Shown piece after piece: positions 36,964-46,128 of a DNA stretch of 64,000 nucleotides. The notes below the pieces were generated by a model, which had not been told where the DNA came from, made no database searches, and saw only the letters and a list, made by a program, of their open reading frames with translations. A program made the translations under genes and the position numbers. The number at the start of each line of letters is the position of its first letter. Within the stretch, counting starts at the first letter, position 1. Source of the DNA: Verrucomicrobiota bacterium (GTDB taxonomy: Bacteria > Verrucomicrobiota > Verrucomicrobiia > CAIQCK01); contig JACRQF010000014.1 in the NCBI GenBank assembly GCA_016222825.1, positions 419,300-483,299 of the forward strand, in the 5' to 3' direction.

Positions 36964-37748
36964 ACTGGAAACCTCGGATCCTCGCCACCATCGGCGTCAG
37001 CCTTGCGAGCTCATGCTTGTTCGCTGCTGATGTTGCCCCCGTCGCACCGCAGCGGCAGGTGATCATCCTCAAGCTCGACGATGTGAAGCAGGTGAAGAAC
37101 GCCCCTGTCCACCGGAGTTGGCAACGCGTGCTGGACTACGTCGAGCAGAACGGTTTGAAAGCATCGTTCGGCATCATCTGCTCCTCGCTCGAAACCGACA
37201 ACCCCGCTTACTTCGACTGGATCAAGACTGTGACGAAACGCGGCAACGTCGAGTTCTGGCTGCACGGCTACCGCGACCGCGCGACGACCGACAAGACGGG
37301 CGAGTTTGAGCAAGGCACCTTCGAGGAACAAAAGGTCGTCTTCGAGAAATGCGAACGGCTCGCCAAGGAGAAGCTGGGCTTCACGCTGCCGGCGTTTGGC
37401 CCGCACTGGAGCGGGACGACAGACGAGACCGAGAAGGCGCTCGACGCGGTGCCGGAGATTAGAATCTGGCTCTACGGACCGAAGACGCCGAAGTTCTACA
37501 GGAAGACTTCGTTCCCGCGCGTCATGGCGCTGGAGAACCCGACCTTCTTGCCGGATTTTGAGAAGTTCAAGGCGATCTACGAGCGCATCGGCACGAAGGA
37601 GAAGTTCCTGGTCCTGCAAGGTCATCCCCCGAACTGGTGGAAGGAGGAACGATGGAACGGGTTCTTCCAAATCGTCGAGTTCCTCAAAGCCAAAGGCTGC
37701 GTCTTTATGACGCCGTCAGAATACTTGCAAAGCATCACTGCCAAGTAA
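36960..37748 (+). CDS. Hypothetical secreted protein, possibly polysaccharide-deacetylase-like fold
   Basis: Signal peptide. Weak resemblance only (WLHGYRD). Confidence 0.3.
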   Translation: MNWKPRILATIGVSLASSCLFAADVAPVAPQRQVIILKLDDVKQVKNAPVHRSWQRVLDYVEQNGLKASFGIICSSLETDNPAYFDWIKTVTKRGNVEFWLHGYRDRATTDKTGEFEQGTFEEQKVVFEKCERLAKEKLGFTLPAFGPHWSGTTDETEKALDAVPEIRIWLYGPKTPKFYRKTSFPRVMALENPTFLPDFEKFKAIYERIGTKEKFLVLQGHPPNWWKEERWNGFFQIVEFLKAKGCVFMTPSEYLQSITAK

Positions 37749-37754
37749 CCGCTG

Positions 37755-39932
37755 ATGAAAGCGACACCGACTCTCCGCCAACGCCTGCTGACTGAAATGC
37801 CTCTCGAGATTCCAAAGTCAATCAACGGTGTTGGAAACGGCTGCGCTTGGAATTGCCCCTTCGGCGCGCATGCCGGACATCGAGAGGCTTTAGGGCTGAC
37901 TGCTATCATTCTCGCCTTCTTGTTCATTGCGCACGCTCACGCTGCCGAGCCGAAGGAACTGACCAACTCCATCGGCATGAAGCTCGTCCGCATCGAGCCG
38001 GGCAGTTTCCGCATGGGTCAGGACGGACCGCCTGCGGACTATCGGATGAACAAGCATCCCGAGAAGTGCGACGACGCGGACTGGGATGAAAAACCGGCGC
38101 ATCGCGTCACCATCACCGCGGCGTTTCACATCGGCGCAACGGAGGTGACCAACGCGCAGTTCCGCCAGTTCAAGCCGGGCCACAACAGCAGTGGCAAGGA
38201 TGACGAAGCCGTCCACTCTGTGAGCTGGCAAGATGCGGTGAGGTTCTGTGAGTGGCTTTCGACGAATGAAAAGCGGCCCTACCGCCTGCCGACGGAGGCG
38301 GAATGGGAATACGCCTGCCGCGCCGGCACGACGACACCCTTTCACACCGGCGATAGATTGCCGGACGGTTTCCAGAAGTGGCGGGCCAGCGACAAGACGA
38401 AGGACCGTTATTTCAAGGACGGCAAGATGCCGCCGGAGTATCGCGACCTGCCGGCGAAGTCGCCGTTGCGTGTCGGCCAGATGCCCGCGAACGCGTGGGG
38501 TCTTCTCGACATGCACGGCAATGTCGCCGAATGGTGCGCGGATTGGTATGGGCCGTATGAGGCCGGCGACCAGACCGATCCCACGGGCCGTAGCGACGGC
38601 AACTTTCGCATCTTCCGCGGTGGCAGTCATGGCGAGTTTGTGCGCCTGCTGCGTTCCGCTAATCGCAGCGCGTGGCTGCCGGAGACTGCGAACAACAAGA
38701 TCGGTTTTCGCGTCGTGCTGGCAGAGGTGCTGAGAACGAAGCCGCTGCCGCCCGCACCGGCACCGTTGAACGCGCGCGACATCAACCAGCGTGTTCCAGA
38801 GGCATCCAAGTCGAGTAACGAGCCATGCTTTTCAGGCCCAAAGCCCTTCGTCAAAATCGCGCCGAGTTCTTTCGGCCCGATGTTTTCGACCCACAACCAC
38901 AGCCCCGCCATCGCGGAGTGCCCGAACGGCGACCTGCTGGCGGTGTGGTATTCGTGCGTGGACGAGGCCGGCAGCGAACTCTGCGTGCTCGCGAGCCGGC
39001 TGCGGCGTGGCGCGCAGGAGTGGGAACCGGCGTCGCCGTTCTGGGACGGCGCGGATGTGAACGATCACGCGCCGAAGTTGTGGTGGGACGGCGAGCGGAT
39101 GCTCTGGTTCTTCGCGCGCGGCATGAGCGAGAACATCGTCCGCACCTCCACCGACAACGGCGCGACGTGGTCGAAGGCGCGACTGATCCAGCCGTGCGGC
39201 GAGTTTGCCAATGCGCCAATCCGCACGCGCGAGGGTTTCCTCATCATCCCGCAGGACAACCGCGGCACGAGCCTCAATATCAGCCCCGACGGCGGCAAGA
39301 CATGGACGTTTCCCGACGTGAACAAGCGCCTGCACGACTACCGGCCCGGCGGCAAGGGTTTCCGGCTCTCGGGCATCCACAACGGCATCGTCCAACTCGG
39401 CGACGGCCGATTGATGACGATGGGACGGTTCGACCAGGAGGAAGACCAGAAGCGATTCGACTTCCGCACGCCGATTAGTTTCTCCAGCGACTGGGGAGAA
39501 ACTTGGACCTACCAGGCGAGTCCGTTCCCCGCCATCAGCAGTGTGCAGCGGCAGGTGCTGATGCGGCTGCGCGAGGGGCCATTGTTGTTCTGTTCCTTCA
39601 CCGACCAATGGCGCGACTGGAAGAAGCGGAAAGGCATGAGCTTCAAGGACGCCGGTGGCGGGCAGTTCACCGGCTACGGGTTGCTCGCGGCGCTTTCCTA
39701 CGACGACGGCAAAACATGGCCCGTGCAGAGGCTGTTGACACCCGGCGGCACGGCGCGCACGGTCAATGGCATAGACCGCGTCGAATTCACGCTGAGCGAC
39801 ACGATGGCCGAACCGTGCGGCTACCTCGCCGCCTGCCAGACGCGCGACGGCAGCATCCAACTCATCACCAGCAAGAACCACTACGTCTTCAACCTCGCGT
39901 GGCTGAAGGCACTTCCACCGCCACCGCGTTAA
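37755..39932 (+). CDS. Fusion protein: N-terminal FGE-sulfatase (SUMF1/formylglycine-generating-enzyme-like) domain plus C-terminal BNR-repeat sialidase-like beta-propeller
   Basis: FGE-domain hallmarks (GSFRMG, WEYACRAGTTTPF, MHGNVAEWCADWY, RIFRGGS, RSANRSAW, GFRVV), then BNR repeats STDNGATW, SPDGGKTW, SSDWGETW, SYDDGKTW. The start is uncertain (37755 or 37797). Confidence 0.6.
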   Translation: MKATPTLRQRLLTEMPLEIPKSINGVGNGCAWNCPFGAHAGHREALGLTAIILAFLFIAHAHAAEPKELTNSIGMKLVRIEPGSFRMGQDGPPADYRMNKHPEKCDDADWDEKPAHRVTITAAFHIGATEVTNAQFRQFKPGHNSSGKDDEAVHSVSWQDAVRFCEWLSTNEKRPYRLPTEAEWEYACRAGTTTPFHTGDRLPDGFQKWRASDKTKDRYFKDGKMPPEYRDLPAKSPLRVGQMPANAWGLLDMHGNVAEWCADWYGPYEAGDQTDPTGRSDGNFRIFRGGSHGEFVRLLRSANRSAWLPETANNKIGFRVVLAEVLRTKPLPPAPAPLNARDINQRVPEASKSSNEPCFSGPKPFVKIAPSSFGPMFSTHNHSPAIAECPNGDLLAVWYSCVDEAGSELCVLASRLRRGAQEWEPASPFWDGADVNDHAPKLWWDGERMLWFFARGMSENIVRTSTDNGATWSKARLIQPCGEFANAPIRTREGFLIIPQDNRGTSLNISPDGGKTWTFPDVNKRLHDYRPGGKGFRLSGIHNGIVQLGDGRLMTMGRFDQEEDQKRFDFRTPISFSSDWGETWTYQASPFPAISSVQRQVLMRLREGPLLFCSFTDQWRDWKKRKGMSFKDAGGGQFTGYGLLAALSYDDGKTWPVQRLLTPGGTARTVNGIDRVEFTLSDTMAEPCGYLAACQTRDGSIQLITSKNHYVFNLAWLKALPPPPR

Positions 39933-39948
39933 ACGTGAGAACAATCTT

Positions 39949-42900
39949 ATGAGAACAATGATGCTTCACCTTTCGGTAGTTGCGTGGTTGGGCGGCGCGG
40001 TCGTCTGCCCGGCGGCAAACTCCGACATCATCCTTGCGGGCCACGGCTGGTCTCTGGCGCGGCTGGCGGACGGCGAGAAAGCGTTCAGCAACCGGAACTA
40101 CGTTTGGCAGGGCGTGCCGGAGAAGTTTCGCGGCTGGCAGGTCACCCAAACTGCCGGCGGTGAGCGCGCCGAAATCCGTGTGAAGGCGAAGCGCAACACG
40201 ATGCTGTTCGCGGCCACGGTTGCAGCGAAGCAGGCGGGGATTGACCTCGCCGGCTGGAATGCCGCCGCAAATGCCGCGTTCCACTACAGCGACAAGAACA
40301 AGACACCGATGACGGTTTACTGCCGCGCGCTGAAAGCCGGCCAGGAGATCGCGGTGCCGCAGGGCAACTGGGCGGGCATGATGGTGCTGCTGCCGCCGGA
40401 TGGAGCCAACATCGCCGCGCTCGTCGCCTCGGCGCAACCGTTGGAGCGGCTCAAACACAACAACCCCGGCCTCGTCGTGGACCTCGGCGTCGGCCTGTGG
40501 GCGTGGCCGTTGCCGATGGACTTCGACGGTGACGGCGACCTCGACCTTGTCGTCAACTGCCCCGACAAGCCCTACAACGGCGTTTACCTTTTCGAGAACG
40601 CCAGCGGCGACACGGCAAAGAACAAGATGCCGGTGTTCAAGCCCGCGAAGCGCATCAGCAAGGGCCTGCAGAACGTGCAGGTCAGCTACGTGGACGGCAA
40701 GCCGCTCGTGATGTCGCCGGCGATGGAATATCCCGACTTCCTCAAGACCGGCCTCGAAAACGGCGTGAAGCTGCCGTTGCCCCCGAACATCCATCCGAAC
40801 AAAGTCCGCGCGAATATGTGGCGGCAGGTTGACTACGACGGCGACGGCAAGCTCGACATCATCGTCGGCGTCGGCGACTGGACCGAATACGGCTGGGACA
40901 ACGCCTACACACCGAGCGGCACGTGGACCAATGGCCCGCTCCGAGGTTTCGTGTATTGGCTGCGCAACACCGCTGGTAGCTGCCGAGGTAACGAGGCGGA
41001 GCGGGCATCATCGGCCACGAATCCGCCTCCTCACGTCGGCGGCTACGAAGCGCCGGTGAAAGTCATGGCCGGCGGCAAACCGGTCGAGGTCTTCGGCTGG
41101 CCGTCGCCGAACTTCGCCGACTTCGACGGCGACGGCGATCTCGATCTGCTCTGCGGCGAGTTCCTCGACGGATTCACCTACTTCGAGAACATCGGCACGC
41201 GCACCGCGCCGAAATACGCGCCGGGGAGACGGCTGACTTTGCCAGCCGATGCGAAAGGTGTTCCCGCCGCATGGCTGGCGGCGCGCGAAGCGGCGAAACT
41301 CCCGGGCAAACCGCGTCCGCTCACGATGGACTTGGAGATGATTACGCCAACGGCGATTGATTGGGACAAGGACAGCGACCTCGATCTCATCGTCGGCGAC
41401 GAGGATGGCCGCGTCGCGTTCATCGAGAACACCGGCAAGTTCACGGCCGACCACACGCCGCAGTTTCTCCCGCCGCGTTACTTCCGGCAGGAGGCCGACG
41501 ACGTGAAATTCGGCGCGCTGGCGACGCCGTGCGGGTTCGATTGGGACGGCGATGGCGACACCGACATCATCAGCGGCAACACCGCCGGCTACATCGCGTT
41601 CTTCGAGAACCTCAGCGGCCCCGGCGTCGAGAAACCGAAATGGGCCGCGCCGAAGAATCTGCGCGCCGACGGCAAAGCCATCCGCATCATGGCCGGCCCC
41701 AACGGCAGCATCCAAGGCCCGTGCGAGGCGAAGTGGGGTTACACGACGCAAACGGTGGCCGATTGGGACGGCGACGGGCTGCCCGACATCATCGCAAACT
41801 CCATCCTGGGCAAGGTCATTTGGTTCAAAAACGTCGGCACGCGCAAAGCACCGAAGCTCGCCGCCGCGCATCCCGTCGAGGTCGAGTGGGACGGCCCGCA
41901 GCCGACGCTCGCCTACGGCTGGCTGCGACCGAAGGGCAAGGAGTTGCTCACACAATGGCGCACAACGCCGGTCTCGGTGGATTGGAACAAGGACGGCCTC
42001 ACCGACCTCGCGATGCTTGACCACGAAGGCTACCTCGCGTTCTTCGAGCGCGCGCGCCGCGACGGCAAACTCGTGCTGCTCTCGCCGAAGCGCGTCTTCT
42101 GCGACGAGAAAGGCGAGCCGTTGCGCCTCAACGCCGGTATCGCAGGCCGCAGCGGACGGCGCAAGCTTTGCATCACGGACTGGGACGGTGACGGCAAGCT
42201 CGACATCCTCGCCAACGCCGCCAATGCGAAGTTCTACCGCCAGGTCGGCGCGCACGACGGCAAATGGCTCTTCAAGGACATGGGCCTGCTGGTGGAGCAG
42301 AACATCGAAGGCCACGACGTCAGCCCGACCGTCGTGGACTTCAACGGCGACAAAATCCCCGACTTCCTCGGTGGCGCTGAAGACGGACGGTTTTACTATT
42401 TGCGGAATCCACGAACCACAGCGCCACCCGATCTCACCAAACAACCCGGCTATCTACGCGGCGAGTTCATCTACGAAACCGCGCCGTTCCCGAGCTGCCA
42501 TGCCTCAACGATCGTCGAAGCAAAGGATGGCGGGGTGGTCGCGGCGTGGTTCGGTGGCACGCATGAGAAGCATCCCGATGTCTGCATCTGGGTCTCGCGC
42601 CACCTTGGTGGCAAATGGACCGCGCCTGTCGAGGTCGCCAACGGCGTGCAACCCGACGGCACGCGGCATCCGACTTGGAACCCGGTGCTGTTTCAGCCGC
42701 GCAACGCGCCACTGATGCTGTTTTACAAAGTGGGGCCGAATCCCGAACAATGGTGGGGCGAACTCAAGACCTCCGACGACGGCGGCAAGACCTGGAGCGC
42801 CGCGCGGAAGTTGCCGGACGGTTTCCTCGGCCCCATCAAGAACAAACCCGTGCAGTTGCCGAACGGCGACATCCTTTGCCCGACGAGCACCGAGACCCAC

Positions 42901-44574
42901 GAGCGGCCGAGCAAATGGCTGGTCCACTTCGAGCGCACAGGCGACCTCGGTAAGACGTGGCAGAAGATCGGCCCGGTGAACGATGGTGTGAAGATCCAAG
43001 CCATCCAGCCTAGCGTCCTGTTCCTCGGCGGGGACAAACTGCTCGCGCTCGGCCGCTCACGCCAGGACCGCGTCTTTGAGGTCCGCTCCGACGACGGCGG
43101 CAAGACTTGGGGGCCGATGACGCTCGGCTCGCTGCCCAACAACAACTCCGGCACCGACGCCGTGACGCTCAAGGACGGCCGCCACCTCATCGTTTACAAC
43201 CACATCGGCGGCACGCCGGGCAAGTGGGGCGGCAAACGCACGCCGCTCAACGTCGCCGTGTCGAAGGATGCCCGGACGTGGCACGCCGCGCTGGTTCTCG
43301 AAAGCGATCCCGGCGAATACAGCTATCCCGCGTGCATCCAGACCAGCGACAGCCTCGTCCACATCACCTACACGTGGAAACGCCAGAAGGTGAAACACGT
43401 CGTCGTGGACCCGGCGAAGCTCGTGGCGCGGCCGATGGTCAACAGCGAGTGGCCCGCGGCGGGCGAAACCAAACGCAATCCGCTCACCAACGGCGCGGAA
43501 TGGAAGAACGACCGGCCCGTCTCGCTGCCCGGCGCGATGCGGCCGAAGGTGGAAAGCGTGCTCATCTACCAGCCGACGACCGAGTGGACCTACTCGCACC
43601 ACCAGAGCATCACGTTCTTCAAGGGTCGCTTCTACGCCATCTGGTCGAACGGCCGGCAGGATGAGGACGCGCCCGGACAGCGCGTGCTCATGGCCTCATC
43701 GGCAGATTTCAAAACATGGACGACGCCGAAGCCACTCGTGGATTCCGTGACGGAGAAAGGCGTCGAGCGCGTGCTCACGGCGGCGGGTTTCCATCAGCAC
43801 GACGGCACGCTCGTGGCCTACTTCGGCAACTACGGGCCGAACAAGGAGACGACGCATTTGCAGGCCGTCACCACGACCGATGGCGAACATTGGAGTGCCG
43901 TGCGCGAGATGGGCGTCCCGGTCAATCCCAACCACGGCCCGCAGCGCACCGCGTCGGGACGGCTCATCATTGCCGGCAACATCTCGTTCCCCTACACCGA
44001 CGACCCGGCCGGCCTCGCTGGCTGGAAAATGACCGGCATCTATCCGAAGGCGATGGCCGCGACGATCAAGGACGACCCCGCGTCGTTCTGGGAGGTGGCG
44101 AAGCATCAAGGCTGGTCTGCGGCGCTTTGCGAAGGCTCGTTTTACCAGACAGATGACGGCGTGCTGCACATGCCGTTGCGCAACACCGCGAAGCTGAACG
44201 CGCGCCGTCTCTGGCTCACCGAGAGCCGCGACAACGGCGCGACGTGGGCCACGCCCGTCGAGACGGAGTTCAGCGACACCAACGCCAAGTTCCACTTCGG
44301 CCGCCTGCCCGACGGCCGCTTCTACTACATCGGCAATCCTGTCGGCGGCGGCCGCACACCGCTGGCGCTCTCGCTCTCGCGCGACGGCGTGAAGTTCGAC
44401 CGCCACTTCATTCTCGGCGAGACGCACTACGAGTCGCGCCGGAAGGGTCGCTGGAAAGGCGGCGAATACGGCTACCCCCACAGCATCATCCACGACGGCC
44501 ACCTCTACGCGATTGTCTCGCGCCAAAAGGAAGCGGTGGAAGTGCTGCGCGTGGCGCTGCCGGAGTTGAAGTAA
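39949..44574 (+). CDS. 1541-aa secreted multidomain protein: N-terminal ~130-aa module shared with 31936, an FG-GAP/VCBS-repeat beta-propeller, then two BNR-repeat sialidase-like propellers
   Basis: Signal peptide MRTMMLHLSVVAWLGGAVVCPAA. At least nine D(F/W)DGDGxxD(L/I) FG-GAP-type repeats between residues ~180 and 800. BNR motifs SDDGGKTW (x2), TESRDNGATW in the C-terminal 700 aa. Confidence 0.6.
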   Translation: MRTMMLHLSVVAWLGGAVVCPAANSDIILAGHGWSLARLADGEKAFSNRNYVWQGVPEKFRGWQVTQTAGGERAEIRVKAKRNTMLFAATVAAKQAGIDLAGWNAAANAAFHYSDKNKTPMTVYCRALKAGQEIAVPQGNWAGMMVLLPPDGANIAALVASAQPLERLKHNNPGLVVDLGVGLWAWPLPMDFDGDGDLDLVVNCPDKPYNGVYLFENASGDTAKNKMPVFKPAKRISKGLQNVQVSYVDGKPLVMSPAMEYPDFLKTGLENGVKLPLPPNIHPNKVRANMWRQVDYDGDGKLDIIVGVGDWTEYGWDNAYTPSGTWTNGPLRGFVYWLRNTAGSCRGNEAERASSATNPPPHVGGYEAPVKVMAGGKPVEVFGWPSPNFADFDGDGDLDLLCGEFLDGFTYFENIGTRTAPKYAPGRRLTLPADAKGVPAAWLAAREAAKLPGKPRPLTMDLEMITPTAIDWDKDSDLDLIVGDEDGRVAFIENTGKFTADHTPQFLPPRYFRQEADDVKFGALATPCGFDWDGDGDTDIISGNTAGYIAFFENLSGPGVEKPKWAAPKNLRADGKAIRIMAGPNGSIQGPCEAKWGYTTQTVADWDGDGLPDIIANSILGKVIWFKNVGTRKAPKLAAAHPVEVEWDGPQPTLAYGWLRPKGKELLTQWRTTPVSVDWNKDGLTDLAMLDHEGYLAFFERARRDGKLVLLSPKRVFCDEKGEPLRLNAGIAGRSGRRKLCITDWDGDGKLDILANAANAKFYRQVGAHDGKWLFKDMGLLVEQNIEGHDVSPTVVDFNGDKIPDFLGGAEDGRFYYLRNPRTTAPPDLTKQPGYLRGEFIYETAPFPSCHASTIVEAKDGGVVAAWFGGTHEKHPDVCIWVSRHLGGKWTAPVEVANGVQPDGTRHPTWNPVLFQPRNAPLMLFYKVGPNPEQWWGELKTSDDGGKTWSAARKLPDGFLGPIKNKPVQLPNGDILCPTSTETHERPSKWLVHFERTGDLGKTWQKIGPVNDGVKIQAIQPSVLFLGGDKLLALGRSRQDRVFEVRSDDGGKTWGPMTLGSLPNNNSGTDAVTLKDGRHLIVYNHIGGTPGKWGGKRTPLNVAVSKDARTWHAALVLESDPGEYSYPACIQTSDSLVHITYTWKRQKVKHVVVDPAKLVARPMVNSEWPAAGETKRNPLTNGAEWKNDRPVSLPGAMRPKVESVLIYQPTTEWTYSHHQSITFFKGRFYAIWSNGRQDEDAPGQRVLMASSADFKTWTTPKPLVDSVTEKGVERVLTAAGFHQHDGTLVAYFGNYGPNKETTHLQAVTTTDGEHWSAVREMGVPVNPNHGPQRTASGRLIIAGNISFPYTDDPAGLAGWKMTGIYPKAMAATIKDDPASFWEVAKHQGWSAALCEGSFYQTDDGVLHMPLRNTAKLNARRLWLTESRDNGATWATPVETEFSDTNAKFHFGRLPDGRFYYIGNPVGGGRTPLALSLSRDGVKFDRHFILGETHYESRRKGRWKGGEYGYPHSIIHDGHLYAIVSRQKEAVEVLRVALPELK

Positions 44575-44599
44575 TCAACTGACCCATCGGAGAAATCGA

Positions 44600-45988
44600 A
44601 TGAACCGGTTTAGTCGCAGAGACACGATCAAGGGCCTCGCTTTGGGTGCGGTGGCAGGACTTGGCACACCGTTTGGTTTCGCCGCCGAAAAGGAAACAAA
44701 ACGAACGCGACAACCAGAGCAATGGCCGGCGGTGGACGTGCTGGTCTGCGGCGGCGGGCCGGCGGGCATCGGCGCGGCGTTGATGGCGGCGCGCGCGGGC
44801 CGGAAGACGCTGCTCGTGGAACGCTACGGCAGGTTCGGCGGCATGGCAGTGCAGGCGATGGTGGGACCGCTTATGGGCAGCGTCCGCAGCACCATCGTGG
44901 ACGAAATCCTCAAGCACATCGGTGGACGCAACGTGGACTACGAGTTCATTGACCTGAAATACGCCGAGCTTCTCCAGAAGGCCGGTTGCGAAATCCTGCT
45001 GCACGCGTGGATCGTGGAGCCGCTGCTCGACGGCAAGCGCGTGACTGGCGCGCGACTGCTGACGAAACAGGGGATGATTGATGTGAAGGCGCGGATCACG
45101 GTGGACGCCACGGGGGACGGCGACGTGGCCTTCGGCGCAGGCGCGGAATACGACCAAGGCCGCGGCGCGGGGCCGAACTGGGCCGCCGATGGCCTGCTCC
45201 AGCCGATGACCATCATGTTCCGCGTCGCGGGCGTGAATCACAAGGAAACGATGGAGGCCAATCGGGGGCGCAAGGCATTTCGTTTCCCGGACGGCCGGAC
45301 ATGGAACCAACTCTGCAAGGACGCCAACGCTAAGGGCGAGTTGCCGCCGACGGTCGGCATGGTGCGCACCTACGCGTCACGGCGACAGGACGAGCGCGTC
45401 ATCAATGCCGTGCAGGTCAACCGCGTGGATGGCACGAAAGTTCGCGACCTGACACATGCCGAGTTCGAAGGTCGCCGTCAAGTGCAACCCATCGTCGAGT
45501 TCCTCAAGAAGAATGCGCCGGGTTTCCAAAACGCCTACGTAAGCGGGATGCCTGCCATCATCGGCGCGCGCGAAACGCGGCGCATCCGCGGCGTCGAGTC
45601 GCTCGCGGTAGAAGACCTTTTCGCAGGCCGGAAGTGGCCGAATGCGGTCGTGCGCGGCGTGTCGTTCCCGATAGACATCCACAACCCCGACGGCATCGGC
45701 CAGGCGCAGGGCGTCTCCGCCGCGCACCCGCTCGGCAAAGACCCCGTCGTGAAGCCTTACGACATCCCGTATGGCTGCCTCGTGCCTCGTAGCGCGAACG
45801 GCCTGCTGGTCGCGGGCCGGTGCATCAGCGGCAGCCACGAAGCGATGGCCTCCTATCGCGTGCAGGTCATTGCGATGGGCACTGGTGTCGCAGCCGGCGT
45901 TGCCGCTGCCGAGGCGGCGCAGAAGAACATCGAGCCGCGCGATGTGGAGGTTGGCAAGATACAGAGCGTTGTGTTTGAAGAGGTGTGA
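44600..45988 (+). CDS. Tat-secreted FAD-dependent oxidoreductase (FAD_oxidored/PF12831-like)
   Basis: Tat motif SRRDTIKGLALGAVAG. Dinucleotide-binding VDVLVCGGGPAGIGAALMAARAGRKTLLVE. Confidence 0.6.
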   Translation: MNRFSRRDTIKGLALGAVAGLGTPFGFAAEKETKRTRQPEQWPAVDVLVCGGGPAGIGAALMAARAGRKTLLVERYGRFGGMAVQAMVGPLMGSVRSTIVDEILKHIGGRNVDYEFIDLKYAELLQKAGCEILLHAWIVEPLLDGKRVTGARLLTKQGMIDVKARITVDATGDGDVAFGAGAEYDQGRGAGPNWAADGLLQPMTIMFRVAGVNHKETMEANRGRKAFRFPDGRTWNQLCKDANAKGELPPTVGMVRTYASRRQDERVINAVQVNRVDGTKVRDLTHAEFEGRRQVQPIVEFLKKNAPGFQNAYVSGMPAIIGARETRRIRGVESLAVEDLFAGRKWPNAVVRGVSFPIDIHNPDGIGQAQGVSAAHPLGKDPVVKPYDIPYGCLVPRSANGLLVAGRCISGSHEAMASYRVQVIAMGTGVAAGVAAAEAAQKNIEPRDVEVGKIQSVVFEEV

Positions 45989-46128
45989 CAGGGCGTTTGC
46001 AGGACTCGCCGCTGGCAGTGGCCGCGTGACCTGTCGCTTTCTTTCTGTCGCGGGTGACGATGGTTTGCTTGGCAGGCCGCCTCGGAGTGGCGGGCTAGCT
46101 AAGATTCGGTGCGACTCCGCCGCGCCGC

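Noticed and set aside
38832-44526. Antisense ORFs 37890..38630 (-), 38832..39944 (-), 41008..42444 (-), 43057..43602 (-) and 43696..44526 (-)
   Set aside because: Shadow frames of the FGE-BNR fusion and the 1541-aa gene.
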